Of a stretch of 64,000 bases of DNA, positions 1 to 10,534 are shown in pieces (position 1 is the first letter of the stretch; every line of letters starts with the position of its first letter). Source of the DNA: a virus (taxonomy: Duplodnaviria > Heunggongvirae > Uroviricota > Caudoviricetes); the IMG/VR virus record IMGVR_UViG_2639762987_000002. The stretch is one strand, 5' to 3'. A program made the position numbers and the translations under genes. The notes under the pieces were generated by a model that worked only from the letters and a program-made list of their open reading frames with translations, did no database searches and was not told where the DNA came from.

Positions 1-633
1 ACTTTTGTAATGCACGTTGACGACATTATGGCGGCAGAGGATGCGGGTGATGTTATCGCAATCTGGCATTCACATACTGATGAATCAGCAGAAGCATCTG
101 ATGCCGATCGTGCAGGCTGTGAAGCGACGGAAGTTCCGTGGATGATTCTGGCTATTCGCAAGAATGTTGAGGGAGATGCCCCTTTCCATTTTAGCGAGAT
201 GAATGTGATCACACCTGATGGTTTCGAAATGCCATACCTGGGTAGACCGTATGTATTTGGCGTATTCGATTGCTGGATGTTGTGTCGGGACTATTTGAAG
301 CGTGAGTTTAACGTCGAACTAAACCCGAACGCACACCTGCATATTCCATCGTGGTACACCGGCGATAACGACATTCTCGATCAGAACTACCGTAACGAGG
401 GATTGGTGCGTCTTGCGCCCGGAACAGAGCCTCAACGTGGGGACGTATTCTTTATCCAATACGGGAAAATGCCTGACCACTGCGCGGTTTATATCGGCGA
501 TGGAATGATTCTTCATCACCAGATCGACCGCCTAAGTTGTCGTGCTTATTACGGCGGAATGTATCAGAAACATACGACGCATCACTTGCGTCACAGAGAC
601 TTGCTCAAGGGAGATGAGACGTGTCTGAGTTAG
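1..633 (+). CDS. Tail tip assembly protein, lambda gpK-like (JAB/MPN + NlpC/P60), 5' end cut by window edge
   Basis: Frame open from nt 1; HSHTDESAEASD metal motif then NlpC/P60-like Cys (FDCWMLCRDY) and His; followed by I- and J-like genes as in lambda. Confidence 0.7.
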   Translation, partial: TFVMHVDDIMAAEDAGDVIAIWHSHTDESAEASDADRAGCEATEVPWMILAIRKNVEGDAPFHFSEMNVITPDGFEMPYLGRPYVFGVFDCWMLCRDYLKREFNVELNPNAHLHIPSWYTGDNDILDQNYRNEGLVRLAPGTEPQRGDVFFIQYGKMPDHCAVYIGDGMILHHQIDRLSCRAYYGGMYQKHTTHHLRHRDLLKGDETCLS

Positions 634-1211
634 TTCATGTGCAGCTTGGCGGCCCTATGGCCAAACATTTTGGCCGCCACTGGCATCTAAAGGTGCGTAA
701 TACAAAACAGGCTCTGGATTTAATTGAGGCCAACAAGCCTGGGTTTAAAGCATGGATGAAGCGCAATATCAAAACCTATGACAGATACCACATCCAGATC
801 ACCAATAAACAGGGCCACAAGTGGTCTGTGGACGAGAGTGAATATCAGATGATGGGGCAGTCTGACAATATTGCAAAAATCCGCATTACACCTGTTCCGC
901 GAGGAAGCGGTGGATCTGCTTTTGGATGGTTTCAGACGGTTGTTGGAGCAGTATTAATGGTTGCCTCGATATGGGTGCCCGCTCTTGCGCCTCTCGGTTT
1001 GTCACTGATGATGGGCGGTATAGCGCAAATCATATCTCCGCAAGCCACTAACGAAAGTGTGAGGCAGGCGGATAACTCGAACTCTTATTACTTTGATGGA
1101 CCTCAAAACACAACAAACCAGGGGAACCCTGTACAGCTTATCTATGGCGAGGAAATTTTAGTTGGCTCACAGGTCGTGAGTTCTTCTATCACCATCGACC
1201 AGCTTATGTAA
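621..1211 (+). CDS. Tail assembly protein, lambda gpI-like
   Basis: 196 aa; hydrophobic central segment and C-terminal LIYGEEILVGSQVVS motif resembling lambda I; 13-nt overlap with upstream gene. Confidence 0.65.
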   Translation: MSELVHVQLGGPMAKHFGRHWHLKVRNTKQALDLIEANKPGFKAWMKRNIKTYDRYHIQITNKQGHKWSVDESEYQMMGQSDNIAKIRITPVPRGSGGSAFGWFQTVVGAVLMVASIWVPALAPLGLSLMMGGIAQIISPQATNESVRQADNSNSYYFDGPQNTTNQGNPVQLIYGEEILVGSQVVSSSITIDQLM

Positions 1212-1228
1212 TCAAGGATTTTTTGGAC

Positions 1229-4200
1229 ATGGAACAGTTCAAGAAGAAAAAATTACCGCTTCTTATTGCCGGTGCTGGTGGCAAGAAAAGTAAAAGCTCC
1301 AGCCGTACCCCGGTTGAAGCTGATGATACTGTCAATTCTCGTGCTATGGCAGCCATCCTCGACCTTCTTGGCGAGGGGGTTATCGGTGGCCTGGTAAATG
1401 GCGCAAAGTCGATCTTCATCGACGATTTACCGATCTTGAATGAAGATGGCTCTTCCAACTTCAGCGGTATTACATGGGATTTTCGTGACGGCTCACAAGA
1501 CCAGACGCCAATGGCTGGTTTTGATTTTGTTGAAACGCCTAAGTCCGTAAATATTCAGCTTAAAAAAACACACGACGTTACGGTTTCAATCGATAACGAT
1601 GAAGCTGATCGCGTTCGTGTCATCATGAAATTCCCCTCTTTACGTAGCGTTGATAAAAGCTCTGGCGATACAAATGGCACTACGGTGAAGTACAAATTCC
1701 AGATCGCCAACGCAGACGCAACATTTTCTGATGTAGTGGCAGAAGGTGAGAAAAGCGTTGATATCACGCTAACGGCAAAGAAAACAGGCGTGTATTACCG
1801 TAGCTATGAGCTGAAACTACCTAAGCCTGGTCGTGCATACAAGGTTAGGGTGATTCGTCTTACGGATGATAACAGTAGCCAGTACCTCTACAACGATACC
1901 TGGGTTGATTCCATCGGTGAGATTGTAGATACCCCCATGAACTACCCTAACTCTGCACTTGTTGGCTTAAAGGTCAATTCAGAGCAGTTTGGTAGCACAA
2001 TGCCTTCCCGTTCGTATTTGGTGCGCGGTATCAAAATTCGAGTGCCGTCAAACTACAACGAATACACCAATACTTATGTCGGCGTATGGGACGGTACTTT
2101 TAAGCTGTTGTCTTCTTCAAACCCTGCGTGGATTCTCTACGATTTGCTTACCAATACTCGGTATGGTCTTGGGCAATTTGTGTCGGAGTCCATGATTGAC
2201 CTCGGCCAGCTCTACCAGATTGGTCGATATTGTGACGAAGAGGTCGATGATGGCTTTGGGGGTAAAGAGAAACGCTTTGCAATCAATACGCAGATCACCA
2301 GTCGACAGGACGCATACCGATTAATTCAGGATATTGCCGGTGCATTCCGCGGCATGGTGTTTTGGGCTGGTGGCATGGTTAACATCATGCAGGATAGCCC
2401 ATCAGATCCGGTAATGATGTTTACCAACTCCAACGTCAAAGATGGACTGTTTACCTATAAAGGTTCTGCGCGTAAAGATCGCCCATCCGTTGCGCTCGTG
2501 ACCTACAACAACAAGGAGGACGGTTATAAGCAAAACATCGAGTACGTTGAAGATCAGGACGCAATGCGCCGTTATGGTGAGCGTAAAACAGAAGTCGTAG
2601 CATTTGGATGTACAAGCCGAGGCCAGGCCCACCGAGTTGGTTTGTGGCTTTTGTATACCGCCAGAATGGAGTCGGATGTAATTACATTTACTGCCGGCTT
2701 AGACGCCTCATTTCTGATGCCCGGTGAAACCGTTCTGATTCAGAACAAATATCGTGCAGGTAAACGTAACTCCGGTCGAATTGTGGAGTTTACCAAAAAC
2801 AGCATCACTCTCGATGCGCCTGTGTCGTTAGCTAAAAGCGGCAGCTTTATTCGGATATTGAATCAGGAAGGCAAAATCGTTGAACGCGATGTTCTTGAAA
2901 CTGGCGAAAACATAACAAAGGTTACGTTTTCAAAAGCCCTGTCGTCAGCGGAAACGCCTGTTTTGAACGGTGTCTGGACAATTACAGAACCAGATCTTGA
3001 ACCTATGCGCGTTCGCATCGTTAACATCGCGCAGGGGGAAACGCCGGGTAGCTTTGACATCACCGCTGTTGAGAACAATCCGTCTAAATATGAGGCAATC
3101 GACAATGGTGCAACGCTTATCCCGCAGAATACGACGGTATTGGACCCGACTTACTCCAAGCCGTCTAATTTGCAAATCACTGAAGGGACTTACCTCTCAA
3201 GCCCGGGCAACCTGTCAGTAAAACTGACTGCAACATGGGAAGGGAAATCTCCAGAGTATTGGATCAGTTGGCGACGTTCTGATGAAAACAATGTATCGAA
3301 CTGGCAATCGGCGCGTGTAACCGAAGAACAATACGAAATCGTTAATGTCGCGGAGAATGGACGCTACGACTTCCAACTGTATGCGGTTTCATTCAACGGT
3401 AAAAAAACAGAAATTATCAGTACCGTTTATCAGGTGCTGGGAACAATGACACCGCCGGATGCACCAACGTCATTAACGGCCGTTGGAGACTATCGTAATG
3501 TGATACTGAATTGGGTTAATCCAGATTCGGTAGACCTTGATCACATTAATGTTTACGCATCCCAGACCAACAATCTGGATACGGCGAAACTGATCGCAGA
3601 GTCTGCAAGCACCACCTTTACACATGCTGGTCTTGGGGATAGCGAAACGTGGTATTACTGGGTTCGAGCATCGAACAAGCGAGGTATGTTAAGCCCTCCG
3701 AACTCAAACTTGGGTACAGAGGCGACAACTCGCGATGTACTGTCGTTCCTGGCTGGCAAAATTACATCTTCCGAGCTTGGTCAGGCTCTGCTTGAGGACA
3801 TCAACAGCAAAGCCTCTCAAGAAGCAGTTGACGAGTTAAATGAGCATATCAACCAGAGCGTCGAATCTTTGGAGGGGTCGGTAAACGACGTTAAGGAAGA
3901 TATAGCTGAATTAGATAAGCAGTTCAGCGATAACCTCGCGGGTTTTGAAATAAAATTCAACGAGCGTAGCGATGCTTTGGAGAACGCACAAACCGAGCTT
4001 AAAGGTGAGGTTTCGGCAACGATCGACAAGGTCAATGAAGCGTTTGAAAAAATTGATGCTACTGATGCTGCAATTGTTGAAATCGAAAACACCGTATCTG
4101 AACACGATAAAGCTCTCGCTAATACAGTCGAGGCAATAAAGGCTGCAAGAGACGAAGCGGCGGCTCTTATTGCTAAGGAAAGCGAGGCTCGTGTTGAAGG

Positions 4201-5953
4201 TGATGCCGCAAACGCTAAACAACTGGAAGTGTTGCAGTCGACGGTAGAGGAAAGTTCCGCAGCCGTTGAAGAAATGAAAAAGACGGTTGCAGAGGTCGAT
4301 CGTGCCAGTGCAGAACTGACTACGAACATTGAGGCGTTAGCTAAAACAAATATTGACCTGGCTCTTCGTCAAGATGAAGACCAGCACAAGCAGATGGTCA
4401 ATAACGCGAAGATCGCAACAACACAGAAAACCTTTGCTGATGATATGTCTGCAATGGCCACGAAGGTTGAGGAAATTCGCGTAGAAATTGGCGAAGACAT
4501 TAAGGCCAGTATTCTGGAAGAGTCCACCGCTCGTGCCGATGGCGATGAAGCGTTGGCAAAGCGTGTCACTCAGCTGCAATCTAAGTTTGAAGGAGATATC
4601 AGCGCGGCGATTAGTACAGAACAGGAGGCTCGTACATCTGCCGATGAAGCTTTGACGAAACAAATAACTCAGCTTGAGTCGAAAGTAAGCAACGATATTG
4701 TCGCAGCCATTAAGGAAGAGCAAGAAGCCCGAGCAACGGAAGATTCGGCTCTGGCAAGCCAGATCACCCAACTTCAGGCAAAAGTTGATGATGATATTTC
4801 TGCTGCAATACGCAGTGAGCAGGAGGCGCGTGCGAGCGGAGACTCTGCGTTAGCTAAACAAATAAACCAGCTTCAAGCAAAGGTTGACGGTGATATATCC
4901 GCTGCCATCACTCAGGAGCAGGAGGCCAGAGCAAGTGCTGACCAGGCGCTCTCACGAGAAATTAACAGCCTGCGAGCACAAACCGGAACTGATATTGCCG
5001 CAGCGGTTGCTGTAGAGACAAAGGCAAGGACTGATGCCGATAGTGCATTGTCCACTCAGATTTCGTCTCTTACAGCAAAAGCTAATGATCTCGAGGCATC
5101 TCTTGCCAGAGAAACAACGGCTCGTGCTGATGGTGATACCGCTTTAACAAAAGAGGTTTCAAGTTTAAAAGCACAGACAGCGAAAGATATTAGTGCGGCC
5201 GTTGCAGTTGAAACGCAGGCTCGAACTGATGCTGACTCGGCGTTGTCGTCTCAGATCACCAAGCTGACCTCTCAATACAAAGAGGATATTAAAGCGGCTG
5301 TAGCAACCGAAACGAAAACGCGTACAGAGCAAGATGCTGCATTGGCGACTCAAATCACAAACTTAGAGTCTCAAACGGCAGCCAACATTTCCGCGGCGGT
5401 AACAACTGAAACGACAGCGAGAACGCAGGCAGATAATGCTCTGAGTGGGCGAATCGATACTCTGAAAGCAGAGGTGGATGGAAATACCGCGACAATTCAA
5501 CAGCAGGCAACAGCTATTGCTAATACCAACAAAAAAGTGTCAACCGCGTGGACGTTGAAAATGGAAACTTCAACGAGCGGAGGGCAGAAGTATGTTGCTG
5601 GTATTGCGCTTGGTATCGACACCACTGGCCTTTCTCAGTTTTTGGTGCAGGCTGACAGGTTTGGTTTGGTCAACTCTGTTAACGGGAAGATCACCACGCC
5701 ATTTGTTATCGAAAACAGTATCGCCTATATGAATGGTGCGTATATCAAGGATGGCACAATCACCAATGCAAAAGTAGGCGATCTGCAATCTACCAATTTT
5801 GTTAGCGGTAGATCTGGATGGCGGTTCGGCAAAAATGGAACGCTTGAGATCAACGGTAATAGCGGGGGTAATGGGCGACTGGTCATAAATGGTCAGCGGA
5901 TTGACGTTTATGACGATAACAACGTCTTACGAGTAAGAATTGGCCTTCTGTGA
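1229..5953 (+). CDS. Tail tip host-specificity protein, lambda gpJ-like, with inserted coiled-coil repeat stalk
   Basis: About 1574 aa from ATG 1229 (ORF track starts at TTG 1223); blocks NSALVGLKVNSEQFG, GFGGKEKRF, AFGCTSRGQAHRVGLWL, KYVAGIALGI..LSQFLV match lambda J from memory. Confidence 0.8.
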   Translation: MEQFKKKKLPLLIAGAGGKKSKSSSRTPVEADDTVNSRAMAAILDLLGEGVIGGLVNGAKSIFIDDLPILNEDGSSNFSGITWDFRDGSQDQTPMAGFDFVETPKSVNIQLKKTHDVTVSIDNDEADRVRVIMKFPSLRSVDKSSGDTNGTTVKYKFQIANADATFSDVVAEGEKSVDITLTAKKTGVYYRSYELKLPKPGRAYKVRVIRLTDDNSSQYLYNDTWVDSIGEIVDTPMNYPNSALVGLKVNSEQFGSTMPSRSYLVRGIKIRVPSNYNEYTNTYVGVWDGTFKLLSSSNPAWILYDLLTNTRYGLGQFVSESMIDLGQLYQIGRYCDEEVDDGFGGKEKRFAINTQITSRQDAYRLIQDIAGAFRGMVFWAGGMVNIMQDSPSDPVMMFTNSNVKDGLFTYKGSARKDRPSVALVTYNNKEDGYKQNIEYVEDQDAMRRYGERKTEVVAFGCTSRGQAHRVGLWLLYTARMESDVITFTAGLDASFLMPGETVLIQNKYRAGKRNSGRIVEFTKNSITLDAPVSLAKSGSFIRILNQEGKIVERDVLETGENITKVTFSKALSSAETPVLNGVWTITEPDLEPMRVRIVNIAQGETPGSFDITAVENNPSKYEAIDNGATLIPQNTTVLDPTYSKPSNLQITEGTYLSSPGNLSVKLTATWEGKSPEYWISWRRSDENNVSNWQSARVTEEQYEIVNVAENGRYDFQLYAVSFNGKKTEIISTVYQVLGTMTPPDAPTSLTAVGDYRNVILNWVNPDSVDLDHINVYASQTNNLDTAKLIAESASTTFTHAGLGDSETWYYWVRASNKRGMLSPPNSNLGTEATTRDVLSFLAGKITSSELGQALLEDINSKASQEAVDELNEHINQSVESLEGSVNDVKEDIAELDKQFSDNLAGFEIKFNERSDALENAQTELKGEVSATIDKVNEAFEKIDATDAAIVEIENTVSEHDKALANTVEAIKAARDEAAALIAKESEARVEGDAANAKQLEVLQSTVEESSAAVEEMKKTVAEVDRASAELTTNIEALAKTNIDLALRQDEDQHKQMVNNAKIATTQKTFADDMSAMATKVEEIRVEIGEDIKASILEESTARADGDEALAKRVTQLQSKFEGDISAAISTEQEARTSADEALTKQITQLESKVSNDIVAAIKEEQEARATEDSALASQITQLQAKVDDDISAAIRSEQEARASGDSALAKQINQLQAKVDGDISAAITQEQEARASADQALSREINSLRAQTGTDIAAAVAVETKARTDADSALSTQISSLTAKANDLEASLARETTARADGDTALTKEVSSLKAQTAKDISAAVAVETQARTDADSALSSQITKLTSQYKEDIKAAVATETKTRTEQDAALATQITNLESQTAANISAAVTTETTARTQADNALSGRIDTLKAEVDGNTATIQQQATAIANTNKKVSTAWTLKMETSTSGGQKYVAGIALGIDTTGLSQFLVQADRFGLVNSVNGKITTPFVIENSIAYMNGAYIKDGTITNAKVGDLQSTNFVSGRSGWRFGKNGTLEINGNSGGNGRLVINGQRIDVYDDNNVLRVRIGLL
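4500..5480 (+). repeat. About ten in-frame tandem 99-bp (33-aa) repeats inside the gpJ-like gene
   Basis: Repeating unit DISAAIxxEQEARAxxDxALxxQIxQLxxKVxx read in the translation; predicted alpha-helical. Confidence 0.75.
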
Positions 5954-6046
5954 TGGTAGAAAAAAATATTTATATCGGTAAAAATAAGTAGGTACTTACT
6001 TAATGGTGGGCAAGGATAGCCCACCAAATCAAGGAGCATATTCAAC

Positions 6047-9000
6047 ATGTGGTACAGGGAAGGTACTATCACATTTACACAGGGCAGCAATACTCTGGTT
6101 GGGGCAGGTACAGCCTGGAACGTAACAGCTAATGGTGTGTTGCCGGGGATGATCGTCATTGGCCCCGACAATAAGCTGTATGAGATCAAGCGCGTAACCA
6201 GTGATACGAACATTGTTCTCTCAGAACCTTATACCGGCGAAACTCAGTCTGAAGTTCCGTGCCGAATCATTACGACCTATGAAGGCGACTTAACACAGTT
6301 TAGCGCGCGCTTTACAGCACTAATGTCGCGTATGTCGGCTGATTCCAAGTCCATGCGCAGTTGGTTGACTGCTCTGGATGAGGTGACAATCGAGCGTGAA
6401 GACGGTACAGAAGTGACCGTTAAGCCGCTAATGCAGATCGTCAACGAGCACAACGAAAACGTTGAGTGGTATAAAAATAACACTGACGCGATTGATGCTG
6501 CTGGCGACAAAGCTCGTGAGGCGGCGGCCAGTGCTGCCGCAGCAGCAAAAAGCGCCAATGCCGCTGGAGAAAAAGCCTCTCAAGCGTCTCAAAGTGCATC
6601 CGCTGCGGCATCCTCACAAAGTGCCGCAAGTGCGAGTGCAACTGCTGCGAAAAAATCTGAAACGAATGCTGCAGCGTCACAAAAATCTGCAGCCACTTCT
6701 GCATCCACCGCGACCACGAAGGCGTCAGAAGCTGCCACCTCAGCCCGGGATGCGGCGGCCTCAAAAGAGGCAGCAAAATCATCAGAAACGAGCGCAGCCT
6801 CGAGCGCCAGTAATGCCGCTTCCTCGGCAACGGCGGCTGGAAATTCCGCGAAGGCGGCAAAAACGTCCGAGACGAACGCCAGGTCTTCTGAAACGGCAGC
6901 GGGACAGAGCGCCTCGGCTGCGGCAGGCTCAAAAACAGCGGCTGCGTCGTCTGCCAGTGCCGCGTCAACAAGTGCCGGGCAGGCCTCAGCCAGTGCCACC
7001 GCCGCCGGAAAATCGGCAGAAAGTGCCGCATCGTCTGCTTCAACGGCCACAACGAAGGCTGGCGAAGCCACTGAACAGGCCAGCGCAGCAGCGAGGTCTG
7101 CTTCCGCAGCGAAGACATCCGAAACGAACGCGAAAGCGTCGGAAACCCGTGCAGAATCCTCAAAAACGGCAGCCGCATCGTCCGCCAGTTCGGCAGCGTC
7201 ATCGGCATCATCTGCGTCTGCTTCAAAAGATGAGGCGACCAGACAGGCGTCAGCAGCGAAGGGCAGCGCCACGACGGCATCCACGAAAGCAACAGAGGCG
7301 GCAGGCAGTGCGACGGCTGCATCTCAGAGCAAAACTGCTGCCGAATCTGCTGCGACTCGTGCAGAAGCTGCCGCTGATCGTGCTGAAGAGATTGCCGGTG
7401 CAGTTGCGATGGAAGACGCAAGCCTTACAACTAAAGGTGTTGTGAAACTTAGCAGTGCTGTCGATAGCACCAGTGAATCGCTGGCTGCAACGCCAAAGGC
7501 AGTTAAAACTGTTAAAGATAGTTCAGTTCAAAAAACTGGCGACACAATGGGAGGGCAGTTAAAAATCGGCACGATAAATGCTCTTCGAATATTCAACCAA
7601 GCCTTTGGCCTTATTTTTAGGCGTTCCGAAGATTATATTCATCTTATCCCGACTAATGAAGGGGAGGGAGAAAATGGAGACATCGGTTCATTAAGACCAT
7701 TCTCTATAAACTTAAGATCAGGGTTGGTGTCCATCGGTAATGGACTAAAAGTTGGTGGTAGTGTTACTGGTAATTTGACCGGAAACGCAGATACTGCGAC
7801 CAAGATCAAGACAGCACGTAAGATTGGGGGCGTGGCATTTGATGGATCGGCAGATATCAACTTGCCTGGAGTCAACGCTACCGGTAATCAAAACACTACA
7901 GGTAATGCTGCGACCGCCACGAAACTTCAGGCAGCCAGAACGATTAACGGTGTGTCATTTGATGGTAGTGCAAATATCACATTGACCCCTTCAAATATTG
8001 GGGCGTTGGCATTAACTGGAGGGACTCTTTCAGGTGGTTTAACTGCTGCTGGTGAGATTATTTCAAAGTCAGCAAATGGTCTGCGTATTGCCTATGGCAA
8101 CTATGGATTCTTTATCCGAAATGATGGCTCAAATACATATTTTATGTTGACAGATTCGGGTAACAGTCTTGGTACGTACAATAGCTTAAGGCCGTTTATA
8201 ATTAGTAACTCTACTGGCAATGTTACAATTGCAACTAAATTAAACGCGAGTAGTGGTATCACTGGATCTTTATCGGGTAATGCAAGCACAGCAACCAAAT
8301 TGCAGACAGCAAGAACCATCGGTGGTGTTAGCTTCGATGGCACTGCGAATATTAATTTGCCTGGTGTTAATGCTGCCGGTAATCAGAACACTACCGGTAA
8401 CGCGGCCACAGCGACCAAGTTGCAAACAGCTAGAACTATTAACGGGGTGTCGTTTAACGGCTCTGCGAATATTTCAATACCAACAATTACGTCCAGAGGG
8501 CGCGTTACTGCGCTCACCGGTACAACACAAGGTGCTGCGACTGGATTGCAGATGTACGAGGCATATAACAATGGCTACCCTTCGTCTTACGGGAATGTGC
8601 TTCATCTTAAGGGCGCAACGGCCGTTGGTGAAGGTGAGTTGTTCATAGGTTGGAGCGGTACAAGTGGTGCTCATGCACCTGTACATGTACGTTCGCGACG
8701 AGATACGGATACATCCAGTTGGTCTGAATGGGCGCAAGTTTATACGTCCAAAGACTCAATTCCAGGTGTCAATGCCACCGGTAATCAGAACACTACTGGC
8801 AACGCAGCCTCTGCAACGAAGTTGCAGACAGCCAGAACAATTGGAGGTGTGTCGTTTAATGGCACCGCCAATATTAACTTGCCGGGTGTTAATATAGCGG
8901 GTAATCAGAATACGACTGGTAACGCAGCTTCAGCCACGAAGTTACAAACGGCTCGTACTATCGGTGGTGTTAGTTTTAACGGCACAGCCAATATTAACTT

Positions 9001-9571
9001 ACCTGGTGTGAATACGACCGGTAATCAGAACACTACTGGTAATGCTGCAACCGCCACAAAATTGCAGACAGCAAGGAAAATTGCTGGTGTGGCGTTTGAT
9101 GGCTCTGCCGATATAACTTTGACTGCGGCTAACCTTAATGCTTATACGAAAACAGAGGTAACAAACCTTCTCAGTTCCTATGTGAAGAGTAGTTCTCTTC
9201 CAAGCATGACTGTGCGAACTTCCTCTGTTTCTGGTGGGGATATGGGCATGAGTTTGTCCACATTCATTAGCCACCTTAAATCAAATGGGGCATTTAGCAA
9301 AAGTTATTGGATTGGCTTTGGCGATGCTATGGGATTCAATGCTGGCAGTATCAACAATATAACGGGATTTGGTGCTGTAGAATTAGCAGAATCTATAATC
9401 GAAGTTTTTAATCTACCTAACGGTGATTATACAATTCGTTTAACAACGTCACATAAAGCTGACTACGGTGGAGTGACAAACGCAATCCTCGTTTATCACT
9501 ACCGTAGTAATAGAAGTCCGTCAGGTCAATGGCTGAAATTTGCCGGTACTGTTGGGGCAACAAGCAACTGA
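6047..9571 (+). CDS. Tail fibre protein (side-tail-fibre type)
   Basis: 1174 aa after RBS AAGGAG; long Ala/Ser-rich tract; repeated ~40-aa units with GNAATATKLQTARTIGGVSF typical of phage tail-fibre repeats; follows J-like gene. Confidence 0.75.
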   Translation: MWYREGTITFTQGSNTLVGAGTAWNVTANGVLPGMIVIGPDNKLYEIKRVTSDTNIVLSEPYTGETQSEVPCRIITTYEGDLTQFSARFTALMSRMSADSKSMRSWLTALDEVTIEREDGTEVTVKPLMQIVNEHNENVEWYKNNTDAIDAAGDKAREAAASAAAAAKSANAAGEKASQASQSASAAASSQSAASASATAAKKSETNAAASQKSAATSASTATTKASEAATSARDAAASKEAAKSSETSAASSASNAASSATAAGNSAKAAKTSETNARSSETAAGQSASAAAGSKTAAASSASAASTSAGQASASATAAGKSAESAASSASTATTKAGEATEQASAAARSASAAKTSETNAKASETRAESSKTAAASSASSAASSASSASASKDEATRQASAAKGSATTASTKATEAAGSATAASQSKTAAESAATRAEAAADRAEEIAGAVAMEDASLTTKGVVKLSSAVDSTSESLAATPKAVKTVKDSSVQKTGDTMGGQLKIGTINALRIFNQAFGLIFRRSEDYIHLIPTNEGEGENGDIGSLRPFSINLRSGLVSIGNGLKVGGSVTGNLTGNADTATKIKTARKIGGVAFDGSADINLPGVNATGNQNTTGNAATATKLQAARTINGVSFDGSANITLTPSNIGALALTGGTLSGGLTAAGEIISKSANGLRIAYGNYGFFIRNDGSNTYFMLTDSGNSLGTYNSLRPFIISNSTGNVTIATKLNASSGITGSLSGNASTATKLQTARTIGGVSFDGTANINLPGVNAAGNQNTTGNAATATKLQTARTINGVSFNGSANISIPTITSRGRVTALTGTTQGAATGLQMYEAYNNGYPSSYGNVLHLKGATAVGEGELFIGWSGTSGAHAPVHVRSRRDTDTSSWSEWAQVYTSKDSIPGVNATGNQNTTGNAASATKLQTARTIGGVSFNGTANINLPGVNIAGNQNTTGNAASATKLQTARTIGGVSFNGTANINLPGVNTTGNQNTTGNAATATKLQTARKIAGVAFDGSADITLTAANLNAYTKTEVTNLLSSYVKSSSLPSMTVRTSSVSGGDMGMSLSTFISHLKSNGAFSKSYWIGFGDAMGFNAGSINNITGFGAVELAESIIEVFNLPNGDYTIRLTTSHKADYGGVTNAILVYHYRSNRSPSGQWLKFAGTVGATSN
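6480..7390 (+). repeat. Low-complexity Ala/Ser/Thr-rich coding tract in tail fibre gene
   Basis: Protein region of ~300 aa dominated by A, S, T, K, E; generates spurious long ORFs in other frames and on the minus strand. Confidence 0.8.
7780..9125 (+). repeat. Tail-fibre 120-nt (40-aa) repeats
   Basis: Three in-phase consecutive copies at 8761-8880, 8881-9000, 9001-9120 plus diverged copies near 7861 and 8341 and partial copies. Confidence 0.8.
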
Positions 9572-9609
9572 TTTAGACATTATTTCTAATAAGGATAATT
9601 TATAAGATG

Positions 9610-9645
9610 GTTGTGAGGTCGATAAATATGGCCTCACAACCGCAG
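9610..9645 (+). terminator. Possible hairpin terminator after tail fibre gene
   Basis: 10-bp inverted repeat GGTTGTGAGG...CCTCACAACC; no clear T-run. Confidence 0.35.
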
Positions 9646-9661
9646 TTATAAGGATATATTT

Positions 9662-9916
9662 ATGAGCTATGGTGCACAGGTTTGGTCGCCATCAAGACAG
9701 GAGATGGTCGATGCGTTGGCCCCTGTTTATTACCTCGATTATTTTACTCCCTCTGGTTCAGGAAGTAGAACATATGAGGTTGAGGCGGGATTGGGAATCG
9801 ACTATTACATAATGGACGTAACCAATGGAAAATACACAAGTCTTACGGTTTCTGGAAATACCATTTCGTGGTCTGGAGCTAGTGGCAATTTAAACATATT
9901 GGTTTTTCAAAAATAA
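9662..9916 (+). CDS. Hypothetical protein (tail-fibre-associated by position)
   Basis: 84 aa ORF with RBS AAGGA; no recognisable motif. Confidence 0.4.
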   Translation: MSYGAQVWSPSRQEMVDALAPVYYLDYFTPSGSGSRTYEVEAGLGIDYYIMDVTNGKYTSLTVSGNTISWSGASGNLNILVFQK

Positions 9917-10524
9917 TGTACGGAAGCAAGATATATCGATCTGACGGGAAGGTCTGGATGTCTCCTTCTTTGTCTCCTATCGTTTTTCAGAGAAAGCAGG
10001 TTGTTTCTTTGTCTGGCGGGACAGAGTTTAACACCCAAATATCTCCAGATCGTTCACCGATGATTTTTGTTGCCTATTCGAAAGCTGTTTCATTAATAGC
10101 CAACAGAATAGTGCGTAATAACCAGGTGATTTACAGTTTCGGAGGTCAGGGTAGCGACTCTAGTGCCACGATATACGTATTTTCGAAAGGTATAGCCAAA
10201 AAAGAAACTTGGGGCATGAGTTTTTTCAATGCGCGAGGAGAGGAGATCTATAATACGGCAAATATCCCACTTTCATTTACCTTTCTTAATAATACGGAGT
10301 GGAACAGTTCTGGAGGGCATGTTTTTGATTACCCGCCAGCGATAATCCCAACATATGCAAATGTGTTCGCGGTTCCAGTACCGGGCGGGGCCATGACAAT
10401 GGTTTATGGATATGCGGCATATGGAAATACTGTTAGTTCCATATTCGTAAACCAACTTAATGGCGGCCATAGTTTTAGCGTAAATGGCAGAGTACCGGTA
10501 ATAAATAGAAATCTGTATAACTGA
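9916..10524 (+). CDS. Hypothetical protein (tail-fibre-associated by position)
   Basis: 202 aa ORF, start overlaps upstream stop (TAATG); Gly/Ser/Asn-rich; no recognisable motif. Confidence 0.45.
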   Translation: MYGSKIYRSDGKVWMSPSLSPIVFQRKQVVSLSGGTEFNTQISPDRSPMIFVAYSKAVSLIANRIVRNNQVIYSFGGQGSDSSATIYVFSKGIAKKETWGMSFFNARGEEIYNTANIPLSFTFLNNTEWNSSGGHVFDYPPAIIPTYANVFAVPVPGGAMTMVYGYAAYGNTVSSIFVNQLNGGHSFSVNGRVPVINRNLYN

Positions 10525-10534
10525 TGAGTAAACG

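Noticed and set aside
3817-4771. Minus-strand ORFs of 170, 103 and 144 aa inside the gpJ-like gene
   Set aside because: Antisense to a well-supported coding region with tandem repeats; no RBS or independent support
6441-7445. Long ORFs on both strands (326, 327 and 231 aa) inside the tail fibre gene
   Set aside because: They lie entirely within the Ala/Ser-rich low-complexity tract of the plus-strand tail fibre ORF; translations are compositionally biased artefacts
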